A stretch of 64,000 nt of DNA, from the NCBI GenBank assembly GCA_963845065.1, contig CAWJQQ010000009.1:992001-1056000 (forward strand), read 5' to 3'. Of this stretch, positions 59,159 to 64,000 are shown in pieces. The first letter of the stretch is position 1; each line of letters opens with the position of its first letter. The notes under the pieces are model-generated. The model was not told where the DNA came from. It worked only from the letters and a program-made list of their open reading frames with translations, and did not search any database. The stretch comes from Nitrospirota bacterium (GTDB taxonomy: Bacteria; Nitrospirota; UBA9217). Made by a program: the position numbers and the translations under genes.

Positions 59159-61126
59159 ATGAGCGATCAAGTGAAGATGACCCCGTTGAACTATTCCGCA
59201 GACCGGACAAAGGCGATGAATCCTGTTAAGATAATGGATCTGTCCCTGCGTGATGGCCATCAGTCCCTTTTCGCCACCCGTGGGCGTACAGAGGATATGA
59301 TTCCGGTAGCTGAACTGATGGATGAAGTCGGGTTCTGGGCGATTGAAACTTGGGGTGGAGCCACCTTCGATACCATGCACCGGTTTCTCAACGAAGATCC
59401 TTGGGAACGTTTGCGCATTTTGAAGCGCTATATTAAAAAGACCCCTTTCTCTATGCTGCTGCGGGCGCAGAACCTGGTCGGTTATCGAAATTACGCTGAC
59501 GACCTGGCCGTTGCTTTTGTTGAGCGCGCGGCGGAAAACGGTATGGATATTTTCAGGACCTTCGATGCCCTAAACGATTATCGCAATTTCGAGACGGTGG
59601 TCAAACAGATAAAAAAGAGTGGCAGACATTTTCAAGGCTGCATCTGTTACACCCTCACCGAGCCGCGGCTTGGCGGAGAAGTCTACAATCTTGAATATTA
59701 TACCGAGAGAGCAAAATCCCTGGAGTTGATGGGGGCGGATTCCATCTGTATCAAGGATATGGCTGGGCTGTTGGCTCCCTATGATGCCTATCCACTCATT
59801 AAGGCCCTGAAAAAAGGAGTCAAAGTACCCATTCATCTGCACAGCCATTTTACCTCAGGCATGTCGCCAATGACGCACCTCAAGGCCATTGAAGCAGGAG
59901 TGGACATTATCGATACCTGTATGACACCATATGCTTACCGGACTTCGCATGCTGCTGTTGAGCCTTTGGTTATGGCCCTTTTGGGGACAAATCGCGATAC
60001 CGGCTTTGATATTAAAAAATTAGCAGAAATTAATGATATATTGGAAAAAGAGGTGATGCCGAAATATAAGCACCTCCTCGATGACTCGAAGGTTTCGATT
60101 ATCGATATCAATGTCTTGCTGCATCAGACTCCGGGCGGCATGTTGTCGAACCTGGTTAATCAATTACGGGAAATGGATGCCCTGGATAAAATTGATGAGG
60201 TGTACATGGAACTGCCGCGAGTGCGCAAAGACCTCGGCCAGGTCCCCCTTGTTACCCCGACCAGCCAGATAGTTGGTGTGCAGACCGTCAACAATGTTCT
60301 GCATGACACTCCCGGCGAACGTTACAGGATGATCACCGGGCAGGTGAAGGATCTCTGCTTCGGATTGTACGGCAAGACCGCTGTGCCTATTAATCCTGAA
60401 TTGCAGGCAAAGGCCCTGAAAGGCTACCCCCGTGGAGAAAAGCCGATCACCTGTCGTCCGGCAGAAGTTCTCGAGCCGGAACTGACCAAGGCGAAAGCCG
60501 AGATTGGTGATTTGGCAGCAGATATGGATGACCTCATCCTTTATGCCATGTTTCCAGTCACCGGCAAGAAATTTCTTGAGTGGAAGTATGGCAAAGCGGA
60601 GCCTCCAGCCAGTGTGAAGCCGATCACCATAGAGGATGTTAAGAAAAGAGATGAACTTGTGAAAAAGGCCTTGGCTGGTAAACTCGTTGAGGTGAAAAAG
60701 GTTGAAAAACCGCCGAAGTCACAGGCAGTCAGGACCTTCAACGTTTTTGTTGATGAAGAATTTTTTGCAGTCGAGGTTGATCCTGTGGGCAACACACATC
60801 TTGTGGCGGTTCCCCAACCAATCGCCGCTGCTGCAGCACCGCCTCCGGTCGCGGCTGCTCCTATGAAGGGCCCGGTTCCCGCACCTGCCCCGGAACCTGC
60901 ACTCCAAGTAGACGAAACAGCCCTACTTGCGCCGATGCCCGGGATGATCATCAAGTATATGGTAAAAGCCGGAGATGCTGTAAAGCAAGGTGATACAATT
61001 GTTGTCCTTGAAGCCATGAAGATGGAAAACGCCCTTGCCGCCCCCTGTGATGGGAAGGTTCAAGGTATCAAGTTTGCCAGTGGCGACACGGTTGCAAAAG
61101 GCGCCGTTCTCTGTGTTATCGGATAA
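59159..61126 (+). CDS. Pyruvate carboxyltransferase + biotin carrier (PycB / OadA / transcarboxylase 5S-1.3S-like)
   Basis: RDGHQS, WGGATFD, IKDMAG, HSH, PGGM, LVTPTSQIVG, Ala/Pro linker and EAMKM. Confidence 0.92.
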   Translation: MSDQVKMTPLNYSADRTKAMNPVKIMDLSLRDGHQSLFATRGRTEDMIPVAELMDEVGFWAIETWGGATFDTMHRFLNEDPWERLRILKRYIKKTPFSMLLRAQNLVGYRNYADDLAVAFVERAAENGMDIFRTFDALNDYRNFETVVKQIKKSGRHFQGCICYTLTEPRLGGEVYNLEYYTERAKSLELMGADSICIKDMAGLLAPYDAYPLIKALKKGVKVPIHLHSHFTSGMSPMTHLKAIEAGVDIIDTCMTPYAYRTSHAAVEPLVMALLGTNRDTGFDIKKLAEINDILEKEVMPKYKHLLDDSKVSIIDINVLLHQTPGGMLSNLVNQLREMDALDKIDEVYMELPRVRKDLGQVPLVTPTSQIVGVQTVNNVLHDTPGERYRMITGQVKDLCFGLYGKTAVPINPELQAKALKGYPRGEKPITCRPAEVLEPELTKAKAEIGDLAADMDDLILYAMFPVTGKKFLEWKYGKAEPPASVKPITIEDVKKRDELVKKALAGKLVEVKKVEKPPKSQAVRTFNVFVDEEFFAVEVDPVGNTHLVAVPQPIAAAAAPPPVAAAPMKGPVPAPAPEPALQVDETALLAPMPGMIIKYMVKAGDAVKQGDTIVVLEAMKMENALAAPCDGKVQGIKFASGDTVAKGAVLCVIG

Positions 61127-61248
61127 ATCTGCAAGGGGTACAGGATCTTTTCTTTGAAGAGCCATGTGCCCAGACTTTAATCCTTGCTTGTCCTGGGGTT
61201 GTTCGTGGTTGTAAAATCGGGCCTGTTTTTGAACCTTGGTGAGTTTCT

Positions 61249-61758
61249 ATGCTAATAAAAGAGTTGAATGGACATACCCCGAAGTTCGGCAAGGATTGTT
61301 TCTTGGCCGAGAATTCCGTCATTATTGGCGACGTAGTGATGGGAGATCAGTGCAGTATCTGGTACAATGCAGTGATTCGGGGTGATGTTCACTTTATTCG
61401 GATGGGTAACAAAGTGAACATCCAGGATGGAGCTGTGGTGCATTGTACCTATCAGAAATCGCCGACCACGATCGGTAATAACGTCTCCGTTGGGCACAAT
61501 GCCGTCGTTCATGGCTGCACTATTCACGATAATGTTCTTGTGGGAATGGGGGCGATAGTTATGGATGATTGCGTCGTTGAAAGCAATTCAATCATAGCTG
61601 CCGGTGCCGTAGTTACCGAAGGTACACGGGTAGAGGCGGGAACGATTTATGCCGGTGTGCCGGCGAGAAAGGTAAAAGATATCAGTCAGGAACTTATTAC
61701 TGGTGAAATTGAAAGAATAGCGAACAATTATATTAAATACGCCAGCTGGTACAAATAG
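61249..61758 (+). CDS. Gamma carbonic anhydrase family protein
   Basis: RGDV, NIQDG..H and VGHNAVVHGC (three His ligands). Confidence 0.9.
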   Translation: MLIKELNGHTPKFGKDCFLAENSVIIGDVVMGDQCSIWYNAVIRGDVHFIRMGNKVNIQDGAVVHCTYQKSPTTIGNNVSVGHNAVVHGCTIHDNVLVGMGAIVMDDCVVESNSIIAAGAVVTEGTRVEAGTIYAGVPARKVKDISQELITGEIERIANNYIKYASWYK

Positions 61759-61852
61759 CATTATCTACCCTAACCCCTTCCTTTATTTTCTTTTTTGGGT
61801 TTACAAAAAGGCAAGAAGGCTATCCCATATTCAGCAGTCACCAAACTATCCG

Positions 61853-63527
61853 CAGAAAGCCCCTGGTTTTAACCATGGGGATGAATGCGAGAACTTTGTT
61901 TTTCAGCAATTGCTGGACAAATGTATATCTATGTGGTATATTTGAGCAACCAATGCCTCGTAAACGTAAACCTAAAACCCCATCTTTTGTACACGAGTTC
62001 CAACTCGTAGTGACTCCAAAGGATAATCGAACGCTAGATGTCCGGCTCGAAGCTGGCCGTTATCTGTACAATGCCTGCCTTGGTGAAGCGATGAAGCATC
62101 TTGCCGCCATGCGCCGATCCCCCAAATGGCTCGTGGCGGTCACGAAGAAGAAAAGCAAGCTTCGCACCAAGATGTTTAAGACAGCCAGAAACAAGGCTGA
62201 ATATACCGAATACCATCTCCATGAGTATGTCGGGAGCCTCCGCAATTCGTGTTGGATCGGAGACCATATTGACAGCCTGGCCGCCCAGAAGATAGCGACC
62301 AGGGCGTTTGATGCCGTTGCTGACTACGAGTTCGGCAAGCATGGGAAACCACGGTTCAAGCGTCGTGGCTGGATGTCTTCGCTCGAAGGCAAAAACAACA
62401 AGTCTGGTATTCGGTGGTGCGATGACCATGTTGAATGGTCTGGACTTAGCCTTACCTGTGTCTTCGACAAAAAAGACAAGTTTGGCGTTCAGGCACATGC
62501 GCTTAGCCATGATGTTAAATATGTTCGTTTGGTGAAGAAAGCCATCTGCGGTAACGCCTGCTGGTTCGCCCAACTCGTGCTTAAAGGCACGGCCAGGATC
62601 AAGCGTGAGAACCAGATTGGCACCGAAACCGTTGGCCTTGATATTGGTCCATCCACGGGTGCTATCGTTAGCGATACCGATGCGTTGCTCGTAGCATTTT
62701 GTCCGGAAGTCGAGATTCCGTACAAACAAATCCGCGTGGTTCAGCGTAAGATGGCCAGAAGCCTGAGGGCTGCCAACCCGGACAACTACAACGAAGACGG
62801 CATGACTAAGACTGGTGCCGGCAAGGGTAAAAAGCGGTGGATATTCTCTGCTCAATACCGTGCGCTTAAGGCTGAACTAGCCGAGCTACAGCGAGTTTTG
62901 GCTGAAACCAGAAAACGGGCTCATGGCACGTTAGCCAATGAAATTCTTAAGCTCGGAACCAACATAAAGACCGAGAAACTGTCGTACAGAGCATTCCAGA
63001 AACTCTATGGTAAAAGTATTTCAAGACGCGCTCCGGGGATGTTTATTTCGATGCTTCGCCGCAAAGCCGAAAACGCTGGCGGTAAAGTAACTGAATTTTC
63101 TACCCGGAGCACGAAGCTTTCAGAGACATGCCACTGCGGGGAAGTAGCCAAAAAACCGCTATCCCACAGATGGCATGACTGTAACTGCGGGGTAAACACT
63201 CAACGCGATCTCTACTCCGCATATCTTGCAAAATATGTTTTTGAAAATGTCCTCGACACGCGTCAAGCCGCAGCAGCTTGGCCGGGTGCAAACCTGCTCC
63301 TGGAACGGGCGGTGTTGAGGGTGCAGCTTGAAGCGGCAAATGGCCGAATTCACCCGGCCAGCTTCGGTATTAACAACATGAGAGCCAACACCACGAACCG
63401 GAGACAGAGTTGCTTGCCCGTTAAAAACGGATCAACGATAGTCGATGCCGGCAACGTCTGTATTGTTGCCGAAAAGCCTGTCGGTATTGCCGTTAGAACC
63501 CCCTGTCTTTAGACATCGGGTAGGTCA
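61853..63527 (+). mobile_element. IS200/IS605-family tnpB-only element (IS1341-like)
   Basis: Left hairpin cccctggttttaaccatgggg followed by atgaatgcg; internal TGGACA-17-TATATT promoter; right hairpin tgtctttagaca and gggtaggtca. Boundaries are approximate. Confidence 0.8.
61953..63512 (+). CDS. tnpB: RNA-guided endonuclease TnpB family, 519 aa
   Basis: LYNACL, GKPRFK, RuvC-I GLDIG, RuvC-II TEKL, Zn finger CHCG..CNCG and RuvC-III QRDLYSA. Confidence 0.9.
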   Translation: MPRKRKPKTPSFVHEFQLVVTPKDNRTLDVRLEAGRYLYNACLGEAMKHLAAMRRSPKWLVAVTKKKSKLRTKMFKTARNKAEYTEYHLHEYVGSLRNSCWIGDHIDSLAAQKIATRAFDAVADYEFGKHGKPRFKRRGWMSSLEGKNNKSGIRWCDDHVEWSGLSLTCVFDKKDKFGVQAHALSHDVKYVRLVKKAICGNACWFAQLVLKGTARIKRENQIGTETVGLDIGPSTGAIVSDTDALLVAFCPEVEIPYKQIRVVQRKMARSLRAANPDNYNEDGMTKTGAGKGKKRWIFSAQYRALKAELAELQRVLAETRKRAHGTLANEILKLGTNIKTEKLSYRAFQKLYGKSISRRAPGMFISMLRRKAENAGGKVTEFSTRSTKLSETCHCGEVAKKPLSHRWHDCNCGVNTQRDLYSAYLAKYVFENVLDTRQAAAAWPGANLLLERAVLRVQLEAANGRIHPASFGINNMRANTTNRRQSCLPVKNGSTIVDAGNVCIVAEKPVGIAVRTPCL

Positions 63528-63662
63528 GCTGTAAATAACGACTATCCCACTTAATTATATAATTTGCAGAAGATGGGTTAGAAATCGTGAACTCGACACT
63601 TCAACGCTTGAAAAACCGTCTGCTTTTGCGCTTTGACCGGACAATGATCATTGATAAACCGA

Positions 63663-64000
63663 TCAGGTTATGAACGTGATGAGGACCTCATCAGTTTCCA
63701 CAGCTTTGCCGATAGTTGCTGTCACATTTTCCACAACCCCTTCGCAGGGTGAGGAAACACCGCTTTCCATTTTCATGGATTCAATGACCACGAGATCCTG
63801 GCCGCGGTACACACGATCACCTTTCTTAACCAGGATACTTACCACCATGCCGGGAAGGGGCGAGAGGAGCTCATTTTCGTGAGCGTCTTTCTTCTCCTTT
63901 GGCATGTATTGGGCCAACTCCCACTCCCGTGGAGTGTATAACTCAAAAATTCGGGAAATGCCGCAATAAGCGGCCCACATGAAATTCTGCCGGTATTGAA
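63663..64000 (-). CDS. C-terminal biotinyl domain of a biotin-dependent carboxylase (PccA-like), 5' partial
   Basis: SPLPGMVV and ESMKME; the reading frame probably continues beyond the window edge. Confidence 0.8.
   Translation of the reverse strand, partial: QYRQNFMWAAYCGISRIFELYTPREWELAQYMPKEKKDAHENELLSPLPGMVVSILVKKGDRVYRGQDLVVIESMKMESGVSSPCEGVVENVTATIGKAVETDEVLITFIT

Noticed and set aside
61953..63512. Cas12 effector call
   Set aside because: No repeat-spacer array nearby, and the gene is bounded by IS200/IS605-type ends.

Overview
Bacterial chromosomal window. The gene content suggests an anaerobic or microaerophilic Gram-negative organism, plausibly Nitrospirota or Desulfobacterota; the taxon is an inference only. 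Layout: (1) 1-25.2 kb, the distal part of a large exopolysaccharide locus of the type usually linked to exosortase-A/PEP-CTERM systems. It has three polysaccharide deacetylases, GNAT and FemAB-like proteins, DegT, two hexapeptide acyltransferases, a kinase-like protein, Wzy/Wzx, AsnB, five glycosyltransferases and two secreted carbohydrate-active-looking proteins. (2) 25.3-34.6 kb, an accessory zone: an intact IS with a 5-bp target duplication, two convergent FN3-like lipoproteins, IS200/IS605 relics, a methyltransferase-kinase fusion, a Crp/Fnr regulator and a pseudo-receiver diguanylate cyclase. (3) rhlE behind an attenuator-like leader. (4) 36.7-44.3 kb, a membrane-bound group 1 [NiFe]-hydrogenase operon with unusual FeS ligands, an in-frame hypC-hypA fusion and a hypF deletion scar. 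(5) pdhABC, a GT39 and cbb3-oxidase-type maturation genes. (6) A sigma54 methylcitrate operon broken in prpC and continued by carboxyltransferase/biotin genes. (7) A large, apparently intact tnpB-only element and the 3' end of a biotin-dependent carboxylase gene. No CRISPR array, rRNA or tRNA was recognised. The most speculative lead is a possible strand-complementation docking system, pairing C-terminal P-x-x-P-x-N-L/R-R tails on the secreted EPS-locus proteins with FN3-like lipoproteins that lack that strand. All product calls come from motif recognition by eye; no database searches were run.
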